Below the pieces are notes generated by a model, which made no database searches, had not been told where the DNA came from, and saw nothing but the letters and a program-made list of their open reading frames with translations. From Candidatus Bathyarchaeota archaeon (GTDB lineage: Archaea > Thermoproteota > Bathyarchaeia > TCS64): 64,000 nt of DNA. The translations under genes were made by a program, and so were the position numbers. This document shows, piece after piece, positions 19,788 through 28,557 of the stretch; the first letter of the stretch is position 1, and the number at the start of each line of letters is the position of its first letter. The stretch is taken from contig CAVYVF010000023.1 of NCBI GenBank assembly GCA_963771885.1, positions 64,001 through 128,000 of the forward strand, written 5' to 3'.

Positions 19788-19857
19788 CGCTTTTTTGCCT
19801 CCCTCCACCGGGATTTCTAAGGCGGAGTCGGGTGGGAGGCCCCACTCACCCGCCGAC
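19788..19857 (-). promoter_or_regulatory. Structured 5' leader of queT-queC, candidate preQ-class riboswitch (pseudoknot)
   Basis: Helices CGGGUG/CACCCG, GCCUCC/GGAGGC (covering the SD) and CUCCGCC/GGUGGAG; AAAGG-TTATAT promoter at 19889-19879. Confidence 0.6.
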
Positions 19858-19972
19858 AGGAGCCAACATGCACCTGAGATATAACCTTTCCCAGAGGAGG
19901 CACCCAAAGCCCGAATGGGACAGTATTTAACTCACCCGATGTTAGAGAAGGGAGAAAGTATCGGGATCCGCC

Positions 19973-21094
19973 ATGAAGTTCAGCAAGCTCGCCATCAGTA
20001 AGGAGCTTAAGAAGGGGCTCAAGGAGATCGGCTTTGACGACATGTTCCCCATACAGGAGAAGGCGATCCCGCCCATGCTCGAGGGAAAAGATGTAATAGG
20101 TCAAGCGAAGACGGGCACCGGCAAGACCGCCGCCTTCGGCGTCCCCATGATACAACTCCTCGAACCCGAGAAGCATCTCGTCCAAGGACTCGTTCTCGCT
20201 CCCACCCGTGAACTTGCGCAGCAGATAACCGAGGACATAAACGACTTCGCCAAGTATACGCAGGTCCGCGCTACAGCTGTCTACGGCGGAGTCTCAATCG
20301 ACAAGCAGTTTATTGAGCTCAAGAGGGGTCCCGCCATCGTCGTCGGCACCCCGGGGAGGATCATCGACCACCTCAACCGCGGCACCCTCAGCCTCCACAA
20401 CATCAAGATGCTCGTACTCGACGAGGCAGACAACATGCTCGACATGGGCTTCGTCGAAGACATCGAGTACATCCTCAAACGCACACCGAAAACCAAGCAG
20501 GTAAGCCTCTGGAGCGCCACAATCGACGACCGCACCATGAACATAAGCAGCCGATACATGCACGACGCTGAATTCGTCAACGTAAGCCGCGACGAGATAG
20601 GCGTCTCCAACATCAAGCAGCACTACATACTCTGCAACGAGCATGAGAAGGAGGAGACTCTTAAGCGCATCATCGACTTCTACAAGATTGAACGCTGCAT
20701 CATCTTCTGTAGGATGAAGATAGGCGTCGACGATTTATACGCTATGCTTAGTAGATCCGGATACAGCGCCGAGGCGATACACGGTAACTTCACCCAGGCG
20801 CGGCGCCAGCAGGTGCTCGACGGCTTCAAGCAGGGGAAGTTCAGTATAATGATAGCCACCGAGCTCGCGGCGAGGGGACTCGACATCGAGGACGTGCCGT
20901 GGATAATCAACTACGACATCCCGATGGATCCGAATATGTACTTCCACCGCGTAGGCAGGACGGCGCGCGCCGGGAAAGCGGGGAACGCGATAACGCTCGT
21001 CACGCCCGAGGAGGAGATCGAGCTTGAGAGGATCAAAGCGATGACCAAGATCCCCATATACAAGCTGACGCTGCCCCCCAGTTTCCTCTTCTAA
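19973..21094 (+). CDS. DEAD-box RNA helicase
   Basis: Q motif, AKTGTGKT, PTRELA, TPGR, DEAD, SAT, ARGLD and HRVGRTAR motifs. Confidence 0.96.
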   Translation: MKFSKLAISKELKKGLKEIGFDDMFPIQEKAIPPMLEGKDVIGQAKTGTGKTAAFGVPMIQLLEPEKHLVQGLVLAPTRELAQQITEDINDFAKYTQVRATAVYGGVSIDKQFIELKRGPAIVVGTPGRIIDHLNRGTLSLHNIKMLVLDEADNMLDMGFVEDIEYILKRTPKTKQVSLWSATIDDRTMNISSRYMHDAEFVNVSRDEIGVSNIKQHYILCNEHEKEETLKRIIDFYKIERCIIFCRMKIGVDDLYAMLSRSGYSAEAIHGNFTQARRQQVLDGFKQGKFSIMIATELAARGLDIEDVPWIINYDIPMDPNMYFHRVGRTARAGKAGNAITLVTPEEEIELERIKAMTKIPIYKLTLPPSFLF

Positions 21095-21131
21095 ATCTGT
21101 CCTATTTCTCGTGGAACTTTGTTATCTTGTA

Positions 21132-21255
21132 CTAGATCATTAGGTCGTCGATGCCGAGCATCAACTGGCGACGTCGGTAGCATATGCACCACTGCCTTCT
21201 TCACCTTAAGCACATTCAGGCAGACGCCATCCGGGCATTCACGCAAGCCGACTGC
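21132..21255 (-). pseudogene. Thermosome/chaperonin C-terminal remnant
   Basis: Across frameshifts reads LNVLKVKKAVV / YATDVAS / LMLGIDDLMI*, versus the group II chaperonin tail EPLKVK.QAI.SATEVA.MILRIDD.I. Confidence 0.5.
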
Positions 21256-21286
21256 CCTGAGATCGGGGTGGAAAAAGACCCTTTTC

Positions 21287-22123
21287 CTAGATTGGGACGA
21301 GTCCGAAAAGGTTGAAGCTGAAGACGATGTTCCCGACGATTAGGGCTAGGAACGCGTATGTCGCTAAGTTCTGGAGCAACTTACCAAAGGGCGAGTGTTC
21401 GGTGATCGCCCTCCACATCTGCCCACCGTCCAACGGCCCTATGGGCAGCATGTTCATGATGGCGAGGTTGATAGAGACGAAGTAGAGCCAGCTAAAAAAG
21501 ATCCCCAGGGTGTCGGGCATGACACCATCGAATACGATCATGATTGGGATGACGGCGAGGCCCGTGATCAGGTTGACTATGCTGCCTGAGGCGAATATTC
21601 TCATCCTCGTGAGAAGGCTCGCCTTGTTCATCTCCTCCTCCTCGGGCTCGACGGCTGCGCCGAAGGTTATCACGGCAACCATGAGTGCCGCCGACTTGAC
21701 TCTGACACCCTCGATCATACACTGGATACCGTGGCTAAGCTCGTGTACCAGTATAGCGAAGCCCGCCGCAAGGAAGAACCAAGGGAGGCTCGACATGCCG
21801 ATGGTGACGCCTGGTATCAATGGCTGGACGGGTGTCGCCGTGTCGGGGCTGAAGAAGAACTTTAGGAGGTTGTTGAGAAGGAGCCATGAGGCGAACGTCG
21901 CCTGCCCTATTGCTCCGACGATTCCTACGTTGCCGAGGACCCTCCACATCTTTGGGTGCCAAGCCGCGAGGCGGGCAATGAAGCCGTTGAGCCTCGTCGA
22001 TTTGTAGAGGGCGTATAAGGGGCTCACCTCGAGGTCGTCGCGCTGTATCTTGAAGATCTTGATGGCAGCGTAGAAGGTGAACCAGACGCCGACGATTATG
22101 GCGAGTGTGGTAAGCGAGTCCAT
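21287..22123 (-). CDS. Site-2 protease (M50)
   Basis: HELSH and NMLPIGPLDGG motifs; multiple TM segments. Confidence 0.92.
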   Translation of the reverse strand: MDSLTTLAIIVGVWFTFYAAIKIFKIQRDDLEVSPLYALYKSTRLNGFIARLAAWHPKMWRVLGNVGIVGAIGQATFASWLLLNNLLKFFFSPDTATPVQPLIPGVTIGMSSLPWFFLAAGFAILVHELSHGIQCMIEGVRVKSAALMVAVITFGAAVEPEEEEMNKASLLTRMRIFASGSIVNLITGLAVIPIMIVFDGVMPDTLGIFFSWLYFVSINLAIMNMLPIGPLDGGQMWRAITEHSPFGKLLQNLATYAFLALIVGNIVFSFNLFGLVPI

Positions 22124-22193
22124 GCTTGTCCTCTTTTTCACGTGGATGCTGCAGATATAAGGAGACCGCTGCTTATAGGTTGGTAGATCGGCG

Positions 22194-22874
22194 GTGTCTG
22201 AGCGGGTCGAGGTAGTCTACGACGAGGCTCATTGGGTGCGCCTGCACTCTCTGCGTGGCGAGGCGTCGATTCTCATGCGACCGCTCGCATCTGTCCACAT
22301 TGAATGCATCGCTTACGGTAGCCTCGCGCGGGGCGACGTGAAGTCGACGAGCGACGTCGACATATTCATACCGAGTCCCCCCGCCCCGGAGCTGGTAGAG
22401 GTGGCGCTCGAGAGAGAAGGAATATGCGCCTCTGAGAGGGTGATCGTTCAGGCTACCCCAGGATACGCGGCGAAGGGCTACATCTATACGGGGGAGAAGA
22501 GGGGCTACAGTTTTCCGCTTGTCCAACTGCTTCCGTCGGAGCGCGACTTCTACGGCTTCGCCGGGTCGGTCACAGTCCAACAGCTCGACGCCGGCGTTCG
22601 CGTGCCCGGAGTGGATAAGAGACTGATGCTCATCGAGCCGACCTCTCGGGGGCACGTCGAGTCACAGGTGGCGGGGATAGAAGGGGAGGTAGCGCGTCTG
22701 CTTGGCGTGGACACACGGATAGTCGCTGAAAGGGTTAGGACCCTTGAGCGCCGCCGCTTGGTCGGGCGCACCGGCGTCTACCTGAAGCACACGCTGGAGC
22801 CCGATGAGGGATTCGGCGAGGCGCTCCATAGGCTAAGCCTTAGGAGGCCCGCCGTGAGAAAACGGCTGGGGTAA
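22194..22874 (+). CDS. Archaeal Pol-beta-superfamily nucleotidyltransferase (COG2413-like)
   Basis: YGSLARGDVKSTSDVDI, IVQATP, RVPGVDKRL and GRTGVY motifs. Confidence 0.85.
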   Translation: MSERVEVVYDEAHWVRLHSLRGEASILMRPLASVHIECIAYGSLARGDVKSTSDVDIFIPSPPAPELVEVALEREGICASERVIVQATPGYAAKGYIYTGEKRGYSFPLVQLLPSERDFYGFAGSVTVQQLDAGVRVPGVDKRLMLIEPTSRGHVESQVAGIEGEVARLLGVDTRIVAERVRTLERRRLVGRTGVYLKHTLEPDEGFGEALHRLSLRRPAVRKRLG

Positions 22875-22881
22875 AAAAAAC

Positions 22882-24198
22882 TTAGGATAGGTCCTTGAAG
22901 GCCTTGATCTCCATCCCCTGCGGGATGCGTATGCCCTCGGCGACCCTGTCGCCGACGACCACCTTGACGCCCTTTGACGCTGCTGCGTCGATGAGGCGCC
23001 CCGTCACGATCCCGTCGAATACGACCGCCTTGACGTTCTCGGCGGCTTTGAGCTTCTCGACGAGCTCGGCGACAGGGAACCGCGGCGACTCTGCGTCGTC
23101 GGTTCCTATGAGGGTCGCTTCGAGTGTGCCCCTGAAGCCCTCAACGAGGCCCGCGTATTGCTTCGCAAGGCTGGGTGGGGGCGGGGGTGCTGCGACCTCG
23201 GGTGGTCTCTGACGCTGCGGGCGCGGTCCCCTCCGCGGGGGTGGTCCGCGCTCCATACGCTCTGGTGCACGCTCGGGAATACGTTCGGGTACACGCTCTG
23301 GCACACGTTCGGGCACCGCCTCGGGCTGGCGCTCCTCGACCTCGGGCTGCGCCTCGACCCCGCTCTGGAGTGCTGCCCAGGCCTCCTCGAAGGTGACCTT
23401 GGCTTCCAACGCTGCCTTTATTTGGTATGGGTCGAGCTCCTCAACCTCAGAGCCTCTGGGGGCACGTGCAACGTACCTAGGTCTTGCGACCTGCGCGAGC
23501 TCCCTGAGTATGAGGTCGCCTCCGCGGTCACCGTCGAGGAAGGCTGTGATCTCCTTCTTCCTGGCGAGCTCGCGGATTGTCTTGGGTACCTTTGCACCCT
23601 CGACGGCGATGGATCCACTGATTCCCGCCCTAAGGAGGTTGATGACATCTGCCCTGCCCTCGACGAGGATTATGTCGTTGCGGGTGCTGATGTCGGGTGT
23701 GGCGGTGAGTCTCTCGCGCCCGTAGTGTACAGGCTCGATCTTCTTACTCTCCAGCCCAACCTGCTCAAGCATGACCTCGATGTCGTGGTGCTCCTTGACG
23801 TGCCAGTCGCGCATGAGCTCCTTAGCGCGCTCCTGTATGCGCTTGAGCTTGTCTGCGCGCATGTCCTTGATCGCCTCGACGGCGATCTTGGACTCACACG
23901 GGCCGACCCTGTCGACGGTCTCCATAGCCGCCGCGATTATGGCGGTCTCAGGCCTGTCTAGGCTAGAAGGTACCACGAGTGTGCCTGTGGTCTTGTCGTT
24001 CGCGGACTTGAGGTCGATGTCGATTCTGCCGATCTTGCCTGTGCGCTGTAGCTCGCGTAGCTCAAAGTCCTTGGGGAAGAGCCCCTCGGTCTGGCCGAAG
24101 ATCGCCCCGATCACGTCGTGACGCTCGACGACTCCCTCGATTATGAAGCGTGCATGTATCGTATACTTGACGCCTGTGTAGCTGTCCTTATCTCCCAT
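22882..24198 (-). CDS. dnaG: Archaeal DnaG (bacterial-type primase homolog, exosome-associated)
   Basis: GVVERHDVIGAIFGQTEGL, TOPRIM IILVEGRADV and FLDGDRGG, C-terminal FDGIVTGRLID. Confidence 0.95.
   Translation of the reverse strand: MGDKDSYTGVKYTIHARFIIEGVVERHDVIGAIFGQTEGLFPKDFELRELQRTGKIGRIDIDLKSANDKTTGTLVVPSSLDRPETAIIAAAMETVDRVGPCESKIAVEAIKDMRADKLKRIQERAKELMRDWHVKEHHDIEVMLEQVGLESKKIEPVHYGRERLTATPDISTRNDIILVEGRADVINLLRAGISGSIAVEGAKVPKTIRELARKKEITAFLDGDRGGDLILRELAQVARPRYVARAPRGSEVEELDPYQIKAALEAKVTFEEAWAALQSGVEAQPEVEERQPEAVPERVPERVPERIPERAPERMERGPPPRRGPRPQRQRPPEVAAPPPPPSLAKQYAGLVEGFRGTLEATLIGTDDAESPRFPVAELVEKLKAAENVKAVVFDGIVTGRLIDAAASKGVKVVVGDRVAEGIRIPQGMEIKAFKDLS
23257..23327 (-). repeat. 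Degenerate 12-bp coding tandem repeat in the dnaG linker
   Basis: Encodes PEAVPERVPERVPERIPERAPER. Confidence 0.8.
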
Positions 24199-24238
24199 TG
24201 CTATATGCAACTCTGTTCGTTGTTGTCCTGATTCACAC

Positions 24239-24398
24239 TAGCCGCGGCGCGGTCCCCTCCTATCTCCCTCTGGGGTTTCGCCCGGGTACTAAAACCCGTC
24301 CTGCTATGCTTCCATCCGGTGACTTGCGGGTACCAAGGGCGCTGTCGCGTCCTTTTCTACCCGCGGTGAGTGGGAATCACGCCTTCTCGGCGCGCTAC
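24239..24398 (-). ncRNA. Putative ~160-nt structured RNA / leader upstream of dnaG
   Basis: Consecutive GC-rich hairpins closed by UAGC/GCUA; AAGG-TTTTTATT promoter at 24427-24416; no credible ORF. Confidence 0.6.
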
Positions 24399-24500
24399 TG
24401 AGTCTTTCACCTAGGAATAAAAACCTTGTCGATCAAGCCTCCAGCCCACCGAACAAGGTTTTAAGAGGGTTTCACGGACCCTTATCTGAGGTACGTCCTC

Positions 24501-25502
24501 ATGGTTAAAGTCGCGATAAATGGATTCGGTAGGACGGGCCGCCTCGCTCTGCGGGCGGCGCTTGAGAGGGGCTCCAAGCTCGAGTTCGTCGCGGTTAATC
24601 GCGGCGACGCGAAGCTCCTGGGGCACCTGCTAAAGTACGACAGTGTTCACGGTAGGGCACCCTTCCCCGTCGAGGTGGAGGGGGACACGATAATTGCCGC
24701 CGGGAAACGCATCAAGGTGCTCAACGAATCGGATGCCGAGAAACTCCCGTGGAGGGACCTCGGGGTTTGGCTCGTCATCGACTCCTCCGATAAGTTCAGA
24801 GACAGGGACGGCGCTGGCAAGCATCTGAAAGCGGGGGCAAGCAAAGTTCTCGTCGGCGCACCGGGGAAGAAGCTTGATGCAACCATCGTCCTCGGTTGCA
24901 ACGATGGCATCTACGAACCGGCGAAGCACCATCTGGTGAGTAACGCGAGCTGCACTACGAACTGCGTAGCTCCAGTAGTCAAGGTGCTCAACGACCGCTT
25001 CGGGCTTGAATCCGCGATGGTCTCGACAATCCACGCCTACACTGGGAGCCAGATGCTCCTAGACAGGGCGGACAAAGACCTGCGCAGGGCACGCGCCGCA
25101 GCGATGAGTATAATCCCCACGACGACGGGGATGACGAGCGCTATAGGCGAAGTGTTACCTGAACTAAAGGGGAAAGTCGACGGGACCGCCTTCCGCGTCC
25201 CGACGCCCGACGTTAGCCTCATCGACGTCTCCGCAGTCCTCAAGGCAAAGCCTAATGCAGATGAGATAAACGCCGCCTTCAAGGAGGCCGCTGCGGGGAA
25301 GATGAAGGGCATACTCGGCTTCGACACGGAGCCCCTCGTCTCAGTCGACTATGTGCACAGCCCCTACAGCGCAGTTGTGGACGGCTCATCGACGGTGAGT
25401 AACGGCACGATGGTCAAGGTCGTGGCGTGGTACGATAACGAGTTCGGGTATAGCTGCAGGACGATTGAGTTGGCCGAGAAGATGGCCAGCTATGCAAAGT
25501 AG
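24501..25502 (+). CDS. gap: Type I (bacterial-type) glyceraldehyde-3-phosphate dehydrogenase
   Basis: VAINGFGRTGR, KYDSVHG, SNASCTTNC, FRVPT and WYDNEFGYS motifs. Confidence 0.95.
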   Translation: MVKVAINGFGRTGRLALRAALERGSKLEFVAVNRGDAKLLGHLLKYDSVHGRAPFPVEVEGDTIIAAGKRIKVLNESDAEKLPWRDLGVWLVIDSSDKFRDRDGAGKHLKAGASKVLVGAPGKKLDATIVLGCNDGIYEPAKHHLVSNASCTTNCVAPVVKVLNDRFGLESAMVSTIHAYTGSQMLLDRADKDLRRARAAAMSIIPTTTGMTSAIGEVLPELKGKVDGTAFRVPTPDVSLIDVSAVLKAKPNADEINAAFKEAAAGKMKGILGFDTEPLVSVDYVHSPYSAVVDGSSTVSNGTMVKVVAWYDNEFGYSCRTIELAEKMASYAK

Positions 25503-25513
25503 AGCCTGTTTTT

Positions 25514-26596
25514 TTACCGGGTAACCCGGAGCTTCTTCATCTTCTCTAGGTTCTCGGGCTTCGTCTCGAAGTACTTGCGGACTGGTTCGAGGAGCTTGAC
25601 CATGGCTTCAGCCGTCGCCGTTTTTAGGTCCATGGGGTGGAGCTTGCCGTCGGCGTACGTTTTGGCTAGCTCTTCGTAGCTCTCGAAGCTGATGTTGCCC
25701 CCGAACTTGGCTGGGCGCTCGACGTCGAGCCTGGCGAGCTGGGGGAAGATGATCATGCGGGCGTGCTCGAGCACTGGGTTGCCCTCAACGACCTTCTGGG
25801 GGCAGAATGCCTCCTTGTACTTGGCTCTGATGTCAGCGGGCTCGTCGTTGACCCAGATGGCCCCCTTGGCGACGCTCTTGCTCATCTTAGTCGAGATGAC
25901 CTTATTGATCTCCTCGTTCTCATCGAAGTTGCCCTGTATTGTGGAGTCCTGGAGGCCGGGGAGGAGTGGGTTGTGTAGGCAGACGGGTGTCTTGAAGCCG
26001 AGCTTCGGCGCGACCTCCCTAGCAAGCATGTGTACCTTTCTCTGATCCATGCCCGAGCAGGCGGCGTCTAGGTCCATCTGGAAGATGTCCGAGGTCTGGA
26101 GTGCGGGGTAGAGTACCCAGCTAGACTCTACGTCCTCGGCGTCGGCGCTGCGCCCCATGATGGGCATCGCCCTTAGCGCTCTCTTCATGGTGGTTGCCTT
26201 CATGACGCGTACGACCTTCTCCCAGTAGTCCTTGTGACTAACAATGTCGCTTGCCCAGAGGTATTGGACCTTCCCCTCGGGGAGGCCGAGGGCGGTGAAG
26301 CAGTCCTTGAAGTACTCGGCACCGGCTCGTATGTTGTCGAGGTCTCCGCCGAGCTTGTTGTTGATCCAACCGTGCCATTCTGCGAGGTAGATTATGAAGT
26401 GGAACCCAGCGTCAGCGTAGTCCTTCATCTTCTTGCCAACGATGAGGCCGGTGCCGGCGTGCATCATGCCGCTGGGCTCGAAGCCGACGTATCCGCGTGG
26501 GTGATCGTTAGTCTCTAGTAGCGTCCTAACCTCGGAGGGGGTGATTATCTCTTGGAGGTCCTGCGTGACTAGTCTGAAGCGGGTCTCGGTGTCCAT
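25514..26596 (-). CDS. tyrS: Tyrosyl-tRNA synthetase (archaeal type)
   Basis: YVGFEPSG.MHAG, YPALQ..D, GMDQRKVH, KMSKS and LHPMDLK motifs. Confidence 0.95.
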   Translation of the reverse strand: MDTETRFRLVTQDLQEIITPSEVRTLLETNDHPRGYVGFEPSGMMHAGTGLIVGKKMKDYADAGFHFIIYLAEWHGWINNKLGGDLDNIRAGAEYFKDCFTALGLPEGKVQYLWASDIVSHKDYWEKVVRVMKATTMKRALRAMPIMGRSADAEDVESSWVLYPALQTSDIFQMDLDAACSGMDQRKVHMLAREVAPKLGFKTPVCLHNPLLPGLQDSTIQGNFDENEEINKVISTKMSKSVAKGAIWVNDEPADIRAKYKEAFCPQKVVEGNPVLEHARMIIFPQLARLDVERPAKFGGNISFESYEELAKTYADGKLHPMDLKTATAEAMVKLLEPVRKYFETKPENLEKMKKLRVTR

Positions 26597-26707
26597 TCTC
26601 CTCGCCTTTGGATTCTTTCAGAGGCTCCGCTATTAAGGTTTGAGGGCGGGTGGGGCTGCCCTCGGTGGTTAACGGTATAAGGGGATAAGCCCCCCATTCT
26701 CTATGAG

Positions 26708-28183
26708 TTGTCCCCTAGGAAGGTTACCGCCGCATCGCTGGCGTTCGCCTCCGCCTCAGCGGCTGCTAAGGCGGTCTCCCGCGGCGACGTGACGTCCCTC
26801 GACCTCACGAGGGCAATCCTTGACCGGGTCGAGGCGTATAACCCCAAGCTACATGCATTCGCCACACTAACCGCCATGGAGGCGATAGCCGCCGCGAGGA
26901 GGGCGGATGAGGAATCGAAGGGGGGTGAAGAACTCGGTCCTCTTCATGGTGTCCCAGTTACGGTGAAGGATTGCTTTGAGATCAAGGGTGTACGCACGAC
27001 GGCGGGTTCCAAGACGCTTGCTAGTCACGTGCCCGCACGCGACTCAGCGCCCGTTGAGCGCCTCAGAGAGGCCGGGGCAATCATCATCGGGCACACGAAC
27101 ACTTCGGAGCTGGCGTTCGACTGGCAGAGCTACAATGATCTCTACGGCACGTCGAATAATCCTTGGAATCTCGGGCTCACTCCCGGGGGGTCCACGGGGG
27201 GTGGGGCGGCGGCGCTCGTTGCGGGTTTGAGCTTCCTCGAGGTCGGGAGCGACGTTGGCGGTTCCATACGCGTTCCCTCACACTTCTGCGGTCTCTACGG
27301 GCATAAGCCAAGCCTAGGCACTGTCTCAGCGCGGGGCCACATCCCGCCTATACCCGGTGTACCCGTGGGGGAACCCAACTTCAGCGTCGCTGGCCCCATG
27401 GCGAGGAGCGCCGACGACATAATGCTCGCAATGAAGATACTCGGCGGGCCTGACGGCGAGGAGGTAAAAGCATACACATGGGAGATGCCGGAGCCGAGGA
27501 AGAAGAAGCTCGATTACTACAGTATCGGCTACGTCATCGATGACCCGGCGTGCCGCGTCACCTCCGAGATCAGGGCGCTGCTGGAGAAGATGGTAGAGAC
27601 TCTCAAGAAAGCGGGAGTTGAGATCGCTGAGGGATGGCCAAAGGGAATCGATCCGAGGAGGCTCTTCGATGACTACAGGTACATTCGCTTTGCTTCGTCG
27701 GCGGCCTCACGTAGCGTGGCTCAGATATTCGATCTGCTCAAGGCAGAGAAGGTGAACGACGGCTCCGACGAGTACGCGGCGGCGCACGCCTACGCCTCCT
27801 CGGTCAAGGATTTCGAGGATGCCCTCTGGCGGAGGGAGCTGGCAAGGGAGGCGTGGCGCGACTACTTCGGTGCCTTCGATGCCTTTCTCATTCCACCCGC
27901 CTTCGTCCCGGCGTTCCCTCACGACCATAGGATGCCCCTGAAGGCTAGAGTGCTAAGCACACCCGAGGGGCTGAGAAGATACAATGAGCTGCGCTTCTGG
28001 ATCAGCTTTGCAACCCTCTGCGGGCTCCCTGCGACCGTCGCCCCCGTCGGCTTGACGGCGGGCGGTCTCCCTGTCGGCGTACAGGTCGTCGGTCCCTACC
28101 TTGAGGATGCCACTACAATCGACCTAGCCGGGTGTATCGGCGCACAGATGGGCGGCTTCAGGGCTCCGCCGGGCTATCAGTAG
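26708..28183 (+). CDS. Amidase signature family enzyme
   Basis: GPLHGVPVTVKD, GGSTGG and GSDVGGSIRVP motifs. Confidence 0.93.
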   Translation: MSPRKVTAASLAFASASAAAKAVSRGDVTSLDLTRAILDRVEAYNPKLHAFATLTAMEAIAAARRADEESKGGEELGPLHGVPVTVKDCFEIKGVRTTAGSKTLASHVPARDSAPVERLREAGAIIIGHTNTSELAFDWQSYNDLYGTSNNPWNLGLTPGGSTGGGAAALVAGLSFLEVGSDVGGSIRVPSHFCGLYGHKPSLGTVSARGHIPPIPGVPVGEPNFSVAGPMARSADDIMLAMKILGGPDGEEVKAYTWEMPEPRKKKLDYYSIGYVIDDPACRVTSEIRALLEKMVETLKKAGVEIAEGWPKGIDPRRLFDDYRYIRFASSAASRSVAQIFDLLKAEKVNDGSDEYAAAHAYASSVKDFEDALWRRELAREAWRDYFGAFDAFLIPPAFVPAFPHDHRMPLKARVLSTPEGLRRYNELRFWISFATLCGLPATVAPVGLTAGGLPVGVQVVGPYLEDATTIDLAGCIGAQMGGFRAPPGYQ

Positions 28184-28557
28184 ACGAGGGCAGCTCATTA
28201 TTGTTTACTGCGGGAAAAGTGATGGTGGGCGGGGCGTCCCTGTGCCTCGCGACAAACACACAGCATCACGGTTTGGAGCCAACGCTCTACTCAGCTGAGC
28301 TCTCTCAAATCGCGAGGAGTCCGACGCCCTTGCCCTGCCCGCCTGTTCCATGACTGGGTAACCCCGTCCTCACAGGTGATCCTCCGCGGAGTCCGTCTGC
28401 ATGGCGCGTCGTCTTGGCGGGCGTAGACTACTCTGTTTCGGGGCTTATATCCTAAGCGGAGCGTGCGCGGCGTGATTGTCCTGGTGTGGCTCATCAACGC
28501 AGTGAGGACGGCGCCCGAGTATGTAAAGAGGCTCGAGGGAAGGCTCGTCGTGACCCA

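Noticed and set aside
19788..19907. 40-aa N-terminal extension of QueT shown in the ORF track
   Set aside because: It spans the TATA box and the structured leader; TTG 19787 has an SD and gives a typical QueT N-terminus.
24239..24398. Calling the dnaG-upstream element RNase P RNA or SRP RNA
   Set aside because: It lacks the GAGGAAAGUCC and AACAGAA...GCUUA RNase P signatures and is about half the length of archaeal SRP RNA, with no Alu domain; kept as an unknown RNA.
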